The notes: generated from the letters alone by a model not told the origin. Shown: positions 23,677 to 38,971, numbered from the stretch's first letter. The stretch: 64,000 nt of DNA from Perna viridis (GCA_037379345.1 CM074516.1:14942001-15006000); one strand, 5' to 3'. A program made the numbers and translations.

Positions 23677-25671
23677 TTATCCATTGTGTTGTGTCTCGAA
23701 CGAAGAATATATCTTGGAGACTGTTTTCATGACCACTTGTTCAACTTTGTTTTCGTCTAAGTCGCAGTATCGTCTATTACGTAACCCAGAGTCAGAATCT
23801 GTCGACATTGTTGGGACCAGTTTATATCCATTTTCAGCTGCTTCATGTTCGTCAGACTTGCCTCTGTTTTTTCTGGCCAACCATGGATGTCTGCAAAAAC
23901 GAGCTTGTCGACAATAACAAAATATCCCAACCCCAATTAATATGGCAATTAACAATGAGATACCTGCATACCCCCAATTTGGAATTTGAAAACTAGTATC
24001 AATTGTTCGTAAATCTTTTAACTGATTGATTAAATTCGCCATTGGTATGGTTTCCATATGTTGCAATGTGTTAGGAAGCTCATCAACAGTAACATTAGGC
24101 AAAGCTAAATGAAAAGGGTGCCATATTGTGAATTCAGACACATTGTAAATTTCAATTAATCTTTTTAATGGTTGTGAACTTTGAAAACGGTCTTCACCCT
24201 TGTAATATGGTAAAAGTGTTAAAGAATCACTATTAGCAGAACAAGAAGTTGTAACTTTTCTAATCCAATAGGTGAATTTATTCTTGTGGTAGATAATTGG
24301 GAAGGATGACGACAAACTACAGAGAGTCTTAATCTTTTTTTGTGTGGCTATTACCCAAAGACCTTCCCGTATGTGATCTGCCATAGGTAGAATCGAATTA
24401 GGATAAATGAGTGTTTGGCAACGTGTATTTAAGATATTTTTGTTTTTCATGGAAGGAGTAATGATACATGTCTTACTTAAGTTTACTGGGTAGACTGGAC
24501 TTTTAATGTTGCAAAATCCGACTAATGGATTGGAACATTGTTTTAATTCATCTGAAGTTAACAACACATATTGCGTTCTAGCCTTATTAACTGCCAATGC
24601 ATTACTTTCTAATTTATACTTCGCAATCAGTGATAATCTACCAATACGATTAGACATCATAGGAATAGGTAAATTGTGGGCCTGAAAAATTTCTAATTCT
24701 CCTTGATAATCAAGCAAAGGTAAAGAAAAAATAATTAAAATTTTATCATCTTGAATTAAAGTTGAACATGTTAGAGATTTATAATAATTCCACAAGTCCT
24801 TTTTGGGATCGGAAGATAATTGTAAAAATGAAGGTAAATGACCTTGAACGTCCAGTAATAGGTGTCTTAACTCCGAAGGTGTAATAAGTGATGGTGATAA
24901 ATGGCCTAAAGATAGCATGTTTAATTGAAGATTCAAATTATCTAAATAGACTAAACCTTTTTCAATCATAAAATGAAGTTCTTTAACTAAATCCCGCAAA
25001 TGAAAACTAAGTACCATGAAATTTTCTACACTTACAATATGTTTCTTTAAAAGTTCAGTATTGTTTTGCAGACGACCTATGAGACCCCTATACTTAGTGA
25101 CCAATGAATTCAAACGTTCCCTATTTTGGAAGACCTCATTTCTCGTAATATTTAAAATTGAGATACTTTCGGACACTACATGCGTAATCTTGTTTTGATT
25201 ACGGGCCAAATTACCAATACTGCGCCGAACAGAACTCAAATCAGACTCAGAGACTGTACCAAATAGAAAACTTAAAGCTTTACCTATGATTGGAATAAGG
25301 CTTCTTTTCCTTCTATCCCCTAAGATGCTAAAATCAACGAAACTATCTTGAATTAGTTGTTTAGTAGTATTTAATCTCGCAATTTCAACAGTAAGTGACG
25401 AATAAGCAGATAACACTTCCGCATACAAAGGATTGGTACGATCAACTGCTAAATTTAACATTTGACGAACTGCAATGGTACCCTGACCTAAATATATGGA
25501 TAATGAATCTAGAAAGGACTAAAAAGGTTGTAAATCTATGACAAACGTAACTAGTCATTGTGACTTGCTCATGGTGACCGTATTAACCTTTTGGAAAACT
25601 ACATTTTCATGAATCGTAACGCCTACCCCACTTCCAATGAGCAGGAAGACAACCACATGGAACACCACCAT
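23677..25671 (-). pseudogene. env: Mirror copy of env
   Basis: Same two stops. 4 amino-acid differences in the 594-aa part (S/A, K/N, F/S, T/I). Confidence 0.9.
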
Positions 25672-25885
25672 CTCTACAATAAACAAGACCAATAACTAAT
25701 AAAATTATACACACTAACCAATTAAAAGAACACGACTAAATATGCGCCAGACATAATAATTAAACCACTCCAAAAGTAAGACCATAATAACAAGGCGCAA
25801 ACATGAAAGCGAGGGTGACGCCTAACTAAAATTAAAATCACTAGTAATACAAAGAATACACGAATGGTAGGAAAAACCAATTTCT

Positions 25886-26677
25886 TTATTCGACAAATGT
25901 CACACTAGGATAGTGGAAAGAGTAATGTTGAAACACATTACTATCATTACGCCGGCGTCCGCAAAATGGCTCCGCGGTCAGCAGCAGGAGGCGGTTGGCA
26001 GTATGGGACCTGTTGGCTCGACAAGTGTTTAACCGTACCGAAATACGCAAACACTCACGGAATTTGTGAATTGTTCTTGGGTGGTGGAGAGACACCCAAT
26101 GGCGAAGGGTCTCCTCGTACACTTCCCTGACGGCCAGTCTGTTCCGCCGAATGCCATGGTATGCCCGAAAGAATACCACGCGACTCCGAATAGCCACAGG
26201 CCGAAGGCAGTGCTCATCAACCAAATCAGTATCGAAAGATACACAGGCCGCGACCGCAATCTGTAATTCAAAATTACAATCTCGCACCCGACGCCTGTGC
26301 TCAGCCTTCGTCTGATCTGGATGACCCCCACGAGACATCATCCAAATGATACCTGTAATTTCCGGAGGCAGAATACCCCTGAAAATAACACAAAGTTCGT
26401 GTAAGGGAATGAACACATTCAACACCCTGTTTACCATCGTCGTCGGTGTCGGCTGGCGGTGCAGCCAGGTCCACATTGCTTCCTTGTCCGCCAGGTAATG
26501 CGCGAGGGTCTCCCTTCGACCACACAGCCCATATCTTCTCTGCCATCGCCTCATGCGATCTTCCACCTCATCGATCTCTGTCTGGCTCACGTCCGGCAAT
26601 CCTCTCCCGGGTTGAATAAGATATGCTGCCAATAGCGTCAACTTGACTGGATCACACGATCAAAAGGATGGTGCCAT
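25886..26677 (-). CDS. Mirror copy of orphan accessory ORF
   Basis: Same layout and same early stop. 7 amino-acid differences from copy 1. Confidence 0.65.
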
Positions 26678-29600
26678 CTGCATAAATGATACACGAACCC
26701 AATGTTATAACAACAGATAATTTCTAAAACTTTGGCTAAATGCCAACGAGTTCAACTGAATTCGATCTGAACCACCATTTTCTAGTTAACTTTAAGGAAA
26801 CATAACTAATGATTTCAAAATGAATAAAAAATAAAACAATGAAATATATGCATTTAAAAGAAAGTATGCTCGGCAAAATTTAAGCACGCTAAACATGCCT
26901 AAAATAACTAAATGGTAAGAAACACCAAATCAAAATCTGGATAACCAATTCAGAGCAACTTAATAACTTTTCACAAAACTTCACGATGCACCTCATTACT
27001 ACATACGCATTTCTGTGTTTTCTTATTGCCTCGGTCAACAATGTCACCTCTTGTAACATAAAAACAACGTTATCTACGTTCAAATGACGGCCAACTGCCA
27101 TACAGCCATATATCTAACGGCTTCAACTAAATAAAACAATAACGGCAAACTGCCATAGAGCCATATATCTAACGGCTTCAACTAAATAAATACAACCGAC
27201 CACTGCTCGTATATACGCAACGACAAATGGCGCTGACAATAACAAAAGATAAAATTACGTATGCACCAATTAAAATAAAAGTGAAGTTCTGTGAATAGTA
27301 ATTTGCATCTAGGGAATATCAAAGAAAGAATAAGATTTTATAGAAACCATCAGAAGAAAAAAAAATCGACCAGAATATATTTGACCTATGAACCTATGAA
27401 CACGCACTACTGCAACTAAATTATTTTTCGCAAAAACTTTCTCTAGTTCCATAACTTCACAACTTATCAGGAACATAAAAAATGTAACCTTACATCAATA
27501 TTTTGCTATCCGCAATACATTTGGTACATGATTTGTTTGAAGCATGAATCTTAGTCCATTCTTGGTTTGAGTCAACCATAATAAAGTGTGTGTAGACAAT
27601 AACAAGACTATAATACATTCACTATTGAAATTAAAATTCCCCCCGGCAGATCATCATATGCTTCCTCAGCCAAATTTACTAACCTTTCAGAAAAAAATTG
27701 AACATTTTCCTCATGTTTTTGCCTAATTCTTCTTAGCATTTTTACCGCGAAATGAGCATCAGAAACAGTATCATTTCTTTCTTTAACCCTTCCCAAGTTT
27801 CTTCTGGAAAATTTGTAAGCCTGCGTTGAATAGTGTCACTTACATCACCCTTAGAAGTCAAGACAGCTAATTGTTTAATTTCATGAGCAGGTATCTTACT
27901 GATAAAAGCATGTTTTTCTAGAGCCTTAACCCAACCTTTAAAATCTTTTGAATCCCCGTAAAAAGGTTTAATACGGTTAAGAACTGTTTGTACATTTACT
28001 GAATTCGACAAGCTAGCTGATTGTACAGTCAATCCATCAATTGGATTTTGGTCAGTCATTTTAACAGAAAACAAAATCTAACATAACATTAAAGCGACTT
28101 ACTTTCAGGAACGAACTGACACGGCACCAAAAATATGTGGTAGGATCTGGTACGGATGAATAATTCCAAGACAAGTAAAACTGACTGTAACGTTTATTAC
28201 AAGAGTAAAAGCGAGCTCTCCGAATATACAACATGTTCAAGAGTAAAAGCGAGCTCTCTGAACATACAACATGTTCAAATATATATACTATTCAATTATA
28301 TAAGACACATCCATCAATCAATGTGAATCTGGACATAAACATTCTATGTGTCCAGTTTACCCGTACATGTTTACCCGTACATGCATATAATTCAATTTAT
28401 AGTTAACATAGACAATATTAATTCTTAAAATCATTATACATTCCTCCCTTTCTCAACAATAACAATTTAATCAATAATGTCTAAGTACTGTCCTATCATA
28501 AAATTAAGTACAAAGCATATCCAATGTCACGAGAATGTACCCATGAAAAAGTCTTTTCGCTGAATTTATTGCTAATACCGTGTCATCGGAGTCTCATATA
28601 TCAATATTTGTTTATTCCCGAAAGATCTATGATGGGCGTAATGGAAAATTCTGGTAAAAATGTGATTTCCAGCATGTAAATTTTCTTCAACACCCTGATA
28701 TCATGACGTCACAAGCCTCTGCTACATTTACAGTGATTTGCTAAGTTACATCTCCGCCCTCGTTATTCTTTTTTTTTTCTAAGATCTAATAGTATTCTGC
28801 CAGTCGACGTTTACTATCAACGACCAAACGCGAAATGTATTTTCAATGGAACATTCTCGTAATGTTGTTCTGACAAAAGACGACGGGAAAAAAGATGTTC
28901 AAACGAGAAACAAAATGGAACGAGCTATAATTGATTTGAGTCTTTTAGGTATTCCCGTTTTCTCTTTTCGTAGAAGATTTATTTTTCCTTGTCCACCCTC
29001 CGTCATTTTGTTCCTAGCTTTAAAATAGAAGCTCATGTTATTTTGTTTTAATTCCGAATATTTGAGTTAGACCTGGGATGTTCCGTAATATTTAATTTAG
29101 TTCAGGTAATCGAGTATATAATTCAGTGTGGATCAACTGAATATATTTTCTTATTTGTGGTCAAATCACTTTACCATCATAGTTTTAGTTTAAATATCTT
29201 TTATTTGCAAATAAACAAATTTGGATCAGACACGAGTTATTTCAACTCACAAGGTCTTCTCCATACATGAAATATAACACACAATAAATTATTGAATAAA
29301 TAACAAATACCTTTATAAAGCACATAAAAGACATTAAATCAGATAATTTTCATTTATTCAAAGCACTGTCATTGAAGGAGTATCTTGTTCTATCTGTCCT
29401 TGGGATATTACGTAATTATATCATACTGTGTAAAGGTAATACAATGAAATAAAATGTACAAAATCCATGAACAATGCATTTTGACAATCTCGTCAACAAC
29501 CCTATAACTGCAAGCAACAGTCGTTGGATGGCTTCCAAGTACAGAGTTTCCCCAGGTAACCTTGCCGCATCGCACACAAAAAGTGCGCTTAAAATAGTTT

Positions 29601-32600
29601 CCAAATCAGAATAAGTTAGATACCAAACGTAACCTATACATAGGTATTGAAGGACCTGAGATAATATAACTATGTACATAATGTCTTGAAGACGGACCTG
29701 AGGTATCATGTGCATATAATGCGCTGAAGAAAAAACCTGAGGGTAGATTTGTACCTCTCAATAAAATGTATTGACGAAGGGCCTGGATTATTATATAGAT
29801 TCAATGAAACGACTGGTATTTAGAGCCGGAAGTTTTGTAATGAACATTACTATCGTTGACTTATATAAGTGGGAGTTGAGTTACTGTCTGAAATTAAGAC
29901 GGTAACACCCACCATTGACACCAAATGATAAAAGGGACTATTATCAAAGATTCATTTTGTGTCGAAAAACACTAAATTTAGATGTAAAATACGGCCACAG
30001 TGAAAAGTAATTGCATGAACAGAATATGGCAAAATGACAAAAGTTAGACTGCCTATTTACATGTCGTTATGGGGCAAGACTAGCCCTGCTTTACTGGTAC
30101 CAGTAAAAGCTACAATCCTGGTCCCAACATAACACACGGCAAGAGAATAAATACTTTCAAATATACATTCACTTTTGCTAAATTAATTCATCTTTACGCG
30201 ACAAATTGTATTGTATCTACATAGTTGCTTCCGATTTACAACATTTTATTCCACAAGCCTGTATACCCTTCCACATCAAATATCCTCCGCAGACCTGATG
30301 TATACATATCACTCCGCAACCTTATAGGCTTGCTAGGGACTGAATTAAGTTCCGTCTTATGTCGGTCGAAAGCTCACCAGAGCTCGTGCTTCTTATTACA
30401 TATATATGTATGATCATTTTATTCCCACTCTAAATAAGACTTATTTAATTATTAATTTGTTCCGTGAAGGTTATCTGTTCAATTGGAAGCTTTATATGTA
30501 AGATAAAGTTACATTCCATACTTATTTAATCGATCCCTGCTTGTTCTTTCGTAGCCATATGAAAATTTTTAAGTGACGTGCTAATAAAGACTGAGAATGC
30601 TTAAGTAGTAGTCAATGTAAGCATCATGCAAAATCTGAAAAATGTGATACACCAAAAAAAGAGCTACATATTTCTATTTTTGTAATTAAGTTGTTTTATG
30701 AGTCTATATTGTGAAATGTGTAATTATTCATTCCCATCTGTCTGCTCATAGAAGGTAATCAACATTGAAAATCCAATAGTTTCTTTTGTATTTGAGTGTC
30801 TTTCGCAGAGTTATCTTCCTTAATTTTGAAATCAAAAGTGCATTCTATATAATTTAAAAAAAAACCGAATGTTATTTTTTGTTTACTATGGCAATTCAAA
30901 CAAAATATCAATGATTCTTAGCTGGAGTGCTAATTAAAACTATGTGACTCTTTCTTGTCATTTCCTGGACATTTTCATCGCGACTCCATGTGTGTGGACA
31001 ATTGTGTATTTATTGAGCACTTAGCGAGTAAGTAACGAGTGTGTTTTAATAAATTAATATTGTTGGCCAACCAGAATAGTATTGCTGGAATAGGATTTGT
31101 AAGTCTCGTTCTAGTTCAGTTTCTGTTCCGGAATTTCCAATGCAGAACGTATTGAAATCCGAGGACCGATCTGCATTTTATGGTTTGCTTCCAGGAAATC
31201 GAAACGCTGCATCACAATGCAAAATCTTCTATTTTATGCTTTTCCTTAACATTTTTATAATCTAAGAACTAGATATCTGTAATTTTTCATCAGTATTTTT
31301 ACACAAACCATATTCTGGTTCGACGTTCAGGCCAAGAAAGATCACTGTGGTATGCTTACATGTACCATTCAGACTGTTCAACAGCTGTAACTTAACATAA
31401 ATTTATCAATATATATGGTTGATTTGTTTACTAGTAACACAGTGGCTTGGTGAAATGTATTTTAAGAAACATATATGCTCGCTAGGTAATTGGAACCTCG
31501 GAAAAAGTCAAAAGGGAATTAACGAGTAGATTACCGCCTTTTTACAAATCGGATTTTTTAACCAGTACACGTACCAGTACCGACCCAAATAATGTTTTGC
31601 TAAAATATACATTCTTACGGTGAGTTAAGAAATGAAAATTGCATGCATGAGATGTGGAAAAGTACGTTTCATTCATTTCTGGTAAAGAACATACCCTAAG
31701 AATGAATATTTTAGACAATACCGAGCGCCAATACCTTCACTTCCGGTCATAGTAGGTGTCCGTCTTCTGGTATCTGGTTAAAAAACTGGGAAAAATCTAT
31801 GTTGAAAGAGAAGTTTAGACTGTAGGGGAGGTTTATTACAGAAAGAGAACCGTTACGTATGAACTCAATTTTGGTATCAAAAATTAGCCAAAAGGCGAGA
31901 AAAAATCCAATTTGTAAAAAGACAGTAAGCAACACGTAAATTCCCTTTTGACCTTTTCCGAGGTTCCCATTGCCTAGCGAGCATATATGTTTCTTAAAAT
32001 ACATTTCACCGAGCCCCTGTGCTAGTAACTGACTTCTTACATGTATTGCCATGTATTAGAAGAAATGCTATCCTACGTGTAATACACATGTAAATTGTTC
32101 TAGAACGGTAGAAATAAGATAATGAATTTGAGATAGTTTAAAACAGTGACCAAGACTTCAACATTTTTAATGCCCCATGCCAAAGTTTGACTTCTATATG
32201 TAAGTACATGTATATACGTATAAGTTACCCCTTTTTTCAAAATGCACTTTTATATTTTACTTTTTTTTTGGCAAATTAAATCACACCACGCGTTTCATGA
32301 TTATCTCCCTTTGTACAGTAAAGTATATTTATCTATTTGATACATTGGGTATGTGAAAAAAATATTAAAGGGCATCGTTACAAACGCTACACTTTCCCCT
32401 TTCCCAAGTCTATATTCCGTTGAGGCTCGATGAAATTAGAGCTCGTTCATATAATTGATTGAAAGATTGGCGATGTCCTTTCTCTGTACTTTTGTTCCTG
32501 GTGCGGCCGATTCAGAAAGTTTGGAAAAGGGGTTCCAAAAAGGAGGTTTCCACACTATCATAGGTGGCTTTTTTTTAACCATAAAAAGGCACGATATCAA

Positions 32601-33282
32601 AATTTTTTCACAAGTGCAGACCATAGCCAAGATCGGTTTGCTGCCGCTATTTATGTCGTGCTAACGTTTATTACATGTCATTTTTATTATTATTACATGT
32701 ACATTTGTAGTATTATAATGAAATGTGGTAATGAAGAAATCTTCACCTGAAACGTTTATTTCGAAAGCACTTCTTCCATGTTGCTTATAAACGCAAAAGG
32801 CTTAATACATTTATCGATTCGTGCAATGATATTTATATACATGTATGTATTTTTCGTTTATTTATCCAAATGTAACTAATTTTTCCGAAAACCTATGATT
32901 GCAATGGCTGTATTCTCATTACGAAGGGCTTCAGTTGGTGCATATTTTGTTTATGAGACAGGACTTTCATAGGCGATTCCAATGGGGGGTTTGGGCTTAT
33001 AAATTTGAAAAAAATGAAAATAGCGTATTTTGTTGTGTAAATGCTTGCATTGAAATGTGTTCATCCTCCTAAAGTGATTTGCTGGACCCGCTAATGGCTA
33101 TAGCCAATTTATGTAACCTATCGTCATAGTTTTCTTGACCTTTCAGTTGACTACATGTACCAACCATTTGATTTTTATTGGGGAAAGGACCGAATTTTCT
33201 AGGTGCCTTTTCATTTCGCGAAAATTTAGGCCCTGCTTTAAATATAAACAACGAAAAATAAAACGAGTGGCATTTCCCTGAA

Positions 33283-34222
33283 ATTATACTTCTTTCCCCA
33301 TACTCAGTTAAAGTCTCGAATCAAAAATATTATACATCGTTGTCAAAAGGATGGTACAGTTAGATACAAATATATATTTCTTGGTAGAGATTCCTGATAC
33401 TTTGTAAAAAATAATTCCAAATTATCTTTCAAATATATTGAAGAAGATGTTTTCAAAATGCTGGAATTTTTTATCGAAAACATATTTGTCCAGTGTGATG
33501 GACGCGTTTTTTTTTTCAACAAAATATCGGCATTTCAATGAGAACAAATTGTGCTCCTCTACTTGCTGACCTATTCTTTCACTCTTATGAGTCTTATTTT
33601 ATAGCTGATTGGATCCGAAAGAACATCGTTTAGCTAAATCCTTTAATCTCAGTTTCCGCTTTATAGATGATGTATTATAGTTTAACAATCCTAGTTATGG
33701 GCATTTGATACATCGCATCTACATGTACCCCAAAGAACTTGAGATGAAGGATACTACAGACACTGTGAAGTCAGTTTCATATCTTGACCTACACATAGAT
33801 ATTGGTGGTAAGGGAAACAATTGACAAAACATTATGACAAACGTGATGACTTTTCATTCAGAACTGTCAACTTTCCTTTTATCTGTAGCAACATGCCTTC
33901 AGTACCTGAGTAAGGAGTTTTTTTTATATCACAACCCATACGTTATGCCAGAGCTTGCCGTAACTACGTAGACATTTTGTATCGCGCTAGAATTCTTATA
34001 ATTGGGCTTCTGGAACAGGATTATGTCGCTACAAGATTGAAGTCATCACTACAGAAGTTTTATGGTCGTCATCATGAATTTTTGGATCGTTACGGTGTAT
34101 CCATCTGCTCCATGAAAACTGATTTGTTCAACGTGTCATAGTTTTCTTATCCTCTTTCGTCTATCCCGGACTTGCTTTTTTATGAGCAACTCGGCGAGTA
34201 TTTCTAGAAAAGCCCCTTTTAT
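33283..34222 (+). pseudogene. Mirror copy of Penelope-like RT remnant
   Basis: Reverse complement of 700-1640. Confidence 0.85.
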
Positions 34223-36235
34223 GACCTCAGCGACGACAGTTTTTACGACAGTGTAATTCAATGTACAAATCGTAAGCAACATGGCTACCATTGCTTTGAC
34301 AAAAGATAGAGCCGTTTAGAGGCCTAAATCGGTATCATCTGCTTTATTACACTCAATTTAGGCATTGTATATTCAAAACAACAGTTTTGAAATAATAAAG
34401 TTACAGCGTAAATACATTGTACTTTGAATATTGAAACTGACAACCATGTCACATTGTCGGTTGAGTGCTGCCATTTGCAATGTCACTTTCGGGAGTAATT
34501 AAATTTTACTGAATGAGAGTCTATAAAAAAACTATTACCACATTTCAGATAATTAGGGATTGAAAATCTGTTTTACCAGAAGTTTGCGTGTGATCGGAAA
34601 TGCTGGCATACATGTTCCAATCGGAACTACACGGCCATTTACGCCATACTAAAAAATGAATGTGTCTAAGGGGCAGGTCGAAATTTATTTTACTGCGCAT
34701 GTGCTTAATGTGGACGTCAAATACTTTTCCGGTTACGGACTCATTTATATCCAGGAAAATAGAAAAAAAAATGCATTGATCTAGCAATCTTTAAGGTTTT
34801 ATATATATATATATTAAATTATAAAAAAATACTATTTTCTTCAAGAAATGAATTTATAAACGTTGACAAAAAAATGTTTTACATGTCAGTCAAATAATCT
34901 AGTAATTTCTACATCATTGTAGCATTAAATCCGTTTTGATAACAATTGTTGTTATTAAATGGTAGTTTGATCTAATATAAATGAGAAAATTAATAATAGG
35001 TTCTTTGTGGTTAGAAAAATATGTATGTTCATGGAAAAAATAACTTCGGATGCAGAGAGGAGAATTTCTTCCTGAAAAAAAAATTACAGGAATTGTAGTC
35101 ATATGCTACTCAAAGTAGTTCTATCTACCAGGTGACACTAAAAAAATTTGGTAAGATATCACTAGAAATAAAGAACAATAACTTTGTCAAGAATTTTGGC
35201 GCGGAACGAGGAGAATGTTAGAATCGAAGCGGTCAAAATTTCGGACAGATTATTTCGCATTATGCCTCAGAGGTTTTTTCTTATGTGTAACTAGAAAGGC
35301 TGAGTAGTACCGACTGATAGAGAAATAGCTGTCTTTGGCGTAACGCTAATGTTGCAGCACCTTTTTTCGCTAAAATTAACTTCGTGAATAGCTTAAGGAC
35401 TTTACTTGCAAACTTGAAATGTGTAGATTTATCAAATTATATAAAAAGGATCAATAATGCATAAATGTCCATGGAATAGCTAAATAATTGTCTTAAGTAT
35501 AACACATTTCATCTTTCGTGTAAGAATAATTCTGCGGAACCATTTAAATGGAATTCGTAAAAAAGCTGAATGGATTTTAACTTGCAAATGAGAAATGTGT
35601 CCATTGATCAAAGTGTATTTTGTTCTACAAATAATAACTAAATCATATATGAAATACATTGTTAATACATAAATGTCCATGGGATAACAAAATAAATGTC
35701 TTTGGTGTAACATAAATATTGCAATACTTTTTTTGTCAAAAAAAATCCCGTAAACAGTCTAAGGAATATTAAATTTGCAATTGAGAATAGCGTTAATTTA
35801 TCAAAACGGAAAATGTGTACAATGCGTATATTGATAAAAATATAATAACATATGTTGAAAAAGTATATAAACCTAATGATACACATTGTTGTCTTTGGCT
35901 TTGGTCTAACAAAAATTGTCTTGAGTATAACACAAAATAAAATGATATTCAATTACTGTAACAGTAAGAAGTGTTTGGTCTAACATATTTTATCATTTTA
36001 ATAAATTGTTTCCCGTTATACCAAGGACCGTTACACCCTGGACAAACCTGAGAAACATTCCGTTCAAAATTAAATAACTGCTCCCTAAACAAACGTGTCA
36101 TCAATATCTATCACTTATTGTGATATTTCAGTAGTGGGAATTATTTGATATATTTTTTCATTGAATTGAAATATATCAAAGACCGTAAAAAAGTTACACA
36201 GTCAATTGTACTCACCTATTTTGACTTTAAATCTA

Positions 36236-36749
36236 TGGCAAGCCAAAGTGGACAAAAACCAATATTTTGTAATATAAGAAAATGAAGTTGTAATATTACA
36301 AAATTACTTTTTTAATATTAGAAAAGATTTTTTCAATATTAGAATTCATTTTGTAATATTAAAAATACTTTTTCTAATATTACAAATTCGTGATTTAGTA
36401 ATATTATCAAACATCAGACATTTTGTAATATTACAAATTGAATTTGTAATATTAGACAATGAATTTGTAATATTAGAAAATGAATTTGTAATATTAGAAA
36501 ACTTTGCAATATTACAAAATCAGTCACATTTTTTAATATCACAAAATGATTTTTTTTATATTAAAAAATCATAATTGAATACAAGAAGTCCATTTTCTAA
36601 TATTAAAAATCTTTTTATTAATATTAGAAATTCAATCGTTTTTTTAATATTAAAAAGGAGTTTTGTAATATTAGAAAATGAATTTGTAATATTAAAAAAT
36701 CATTTTTTAATATTAGAAAATACTTATTTTTGTCCACTTTGGCTTGCCA
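36236..36749. mobile_element. MITE with ~23-bp TIR, TA TSD and AATATTA-rich interior
   Basis: ta|tggcaagccaaagtggacaaaaa ... tttttgtccactttggcttgcca|ta. Confidence 0.88.
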
Positions 36750-38603
36750 TATTAAATCACTCCAACATTTCTGCTCCTAAACATCGTCTGACATTTGATT
36801 ACATTGCATTATGGGTAAGTGAGAAATTATTTTTTGAGTTATTATTCGAAGAAAGACAACTCTTGCCCCTCACTAATCTTGTGTGTTATTCCAAAGACAA
36901 AAATTACGAAGGACAAGTTTAATGGCAAAGAAAATTAACATTTTTATATGAGATATTCATTTTTTGATTTTACAAAATCAAATTTACATATAAACTCGCT
37001 AAATTATTGGCTTTATGTGCAATATTTAATGCACTTTATGATTCCTAGACCATTGTAAAGACCAATCAAAGACTGAAGTCTTCAAAGTCGCTAATGGTCA
37101 AATATTCACTGTCACCGATTTTGGCTTACTTTCAACATCCGAAATGGTACAAATGCGATATCTCTAAAGTCGAATGACTTGGCTAAAATCTTGGTTCCCT
37201 TGATATTATTGCGTACTCTTTTCAATCATCCGGAAGAAGTTTAAACAGCTAGCAATGGCTATGCATGCATATGGATATCGGTGCCTAGATCATACATATG
37301 ACTTTTATATAATCAGTTGTAACGAGCCCCTGTGTTTGAATCGGAAACTGGGTAATATTACATAAATTTGATGCTAACCGATCATTTTATCTTTTAAAGT
37401 TAATTTCTCGTTCTAATACAAATAAAAAAAACACGCATAGACATGTGTATGGCGATCTTTGGGTCTCTTATGATATTGACTAGGGAACCTGTTTAGGAAC
37501 CAAATTAAGCAGCTGGCAATGAATATTCATAAATATCGGGGCGCGCTAATGTATATGACCTGCATGTATATAGTCATGTAACGAGGTTCTGTGCCTACGT
37601 CGGAAACTGGATAATGTTCAAAGCTAACCGATACTTAAGAGGTATATTTTATCTCGTATGAAGCTGGAACTATGACGTCATTACGGTAAACACGGCGAGG
37701 ATCTGCAGCATTACGTGGCGTATAACTACATATTTATGCAAATCATATGCGAATATTAAGTACTGAAATTAAGAGTGCAAGAAGACGCTAACAATATTAG
37801 CGACTTAAAATATGCAAAAATGTCTACTAATCAGGAAATCTTCTTATTACTGTACATGTGTATGTTATGATGTCATATATTTTTCCATCTTTAGGATAGA
37901 ACGTGCTAGAAAACGTAACTTTTGTATGTTTATTAAACAATTTCAGTCTACCAGCCTGCCGGGACAACACAATTGCACATTTTTTTTTAGAATGACTCGT
38001 ATAGGTTTGCACCAGAAATGTGTTTATCAATGAAACTAGATACGCCTTTCAGTATAGATTAGTCAATTTGGAACGTTTTTCGTTCATAGAATACTTAATA
38101 TATTGAATCAACACTATTATTATATTAATATTTCATATTGAAACTAAAGTTAGGATTTTCACAATTTTATTTTATTTTATTTTATTCTGATACAGTGACA
38201 TGCGGAAATTATGCTAATTTATGGTGATGTATAATGCACCACGTGTAACGAACGACATTTTACAGTAAATAACTTGATAATTTGTAGTAGTACCAAAGGG
38301 TACCACCAGGTTCATGTATGCAATCACCCATGTTAACTAACATACATGTATAAAATCAATTTTATAAGATGTTCACCTATGAAAATTTGTACATGACTCT
38401 ATGGTAACATGCATGTAGTGTTAAGCCAACGATTAAAATGTTTCTGCTTTAAACTTACATATGTTTTCGAAAGATAAAAAAAGACGGACGGCTGGTGTAA
38501 AAAGAAATAGCAATATCGGCATATACATGTATCTATGTTATCTGAAAATGAGGTATATGTGTGTCTATACAATAATTTAGGGACAGTTCAATTATCAGTC
38601 AAT

Positions 38604-38971
38604 TTACCGAGTATAAAGTGTTATTCCATTGTCATTATTTTCCATTAAGTTAGCTTCAACATCTGAAACAATTTCCACATCTTTCCAACGCTTGAATCGA
38701 ATTTCTAATTTTGTCTTTTCTGTAATTTTGTAAAAGTCTTTGCAAGCCAATAAGCTCTTAAAACGTTTTCTTGAAGCAGCTATTATGCATGACTTGAGAT
38801 AATTTTCTAGGTTATAAAGTTCGGCTTCTAAAAGTTTCTTCACTAGTTCTGGTGACGAAAAACTGTTTCCCGCGTTTTGAACCTCTTCCGACAGGAAGTC
38901 GTCTGCTCGTTTTAAAGTGTTTTTTGCCTGGTATTCAAATGCCATCGGCAGAATTCTGTGGACGTTTTCAG
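38604..38971 (-). CDS. BTB/POZ-domain protein, terminal coding exon B
   Basis: Acceptor cttttccag|CT. The splice gives in-frame ...EPMNTENVHRILPMAFEYQ...AELYNL...CI, typical of BTB/MATH-like proteins. Stop at 38604. Confidence 0.85.

Larger units (their letters stand above)
22610..28499 (-). mobile_element. Same element, copy 2 (in arm 2)
   Basis: Reverse complement of 6421-12310. LTRs at 28136-28440 (-) and 22669-23087 (+), PBS 28120-28129. Confidence 0.9.
19133..34921 (-). repeat. Arm 2 of giant inverted duplication
   Basis: Begins ctatcacgcccgcgcc, the reverse complement of 15775-15790. Near-identical to arm 1 with scattered SNPs and homopolymer differences. May extend past 34921 if arm 1 extends left of the window. 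Confidence 0.98.

Noticed and set aside
36575-36922. 115-aa repetitive ORF
   Set aside because: Arises from the AATATTA-rich MITE interior.
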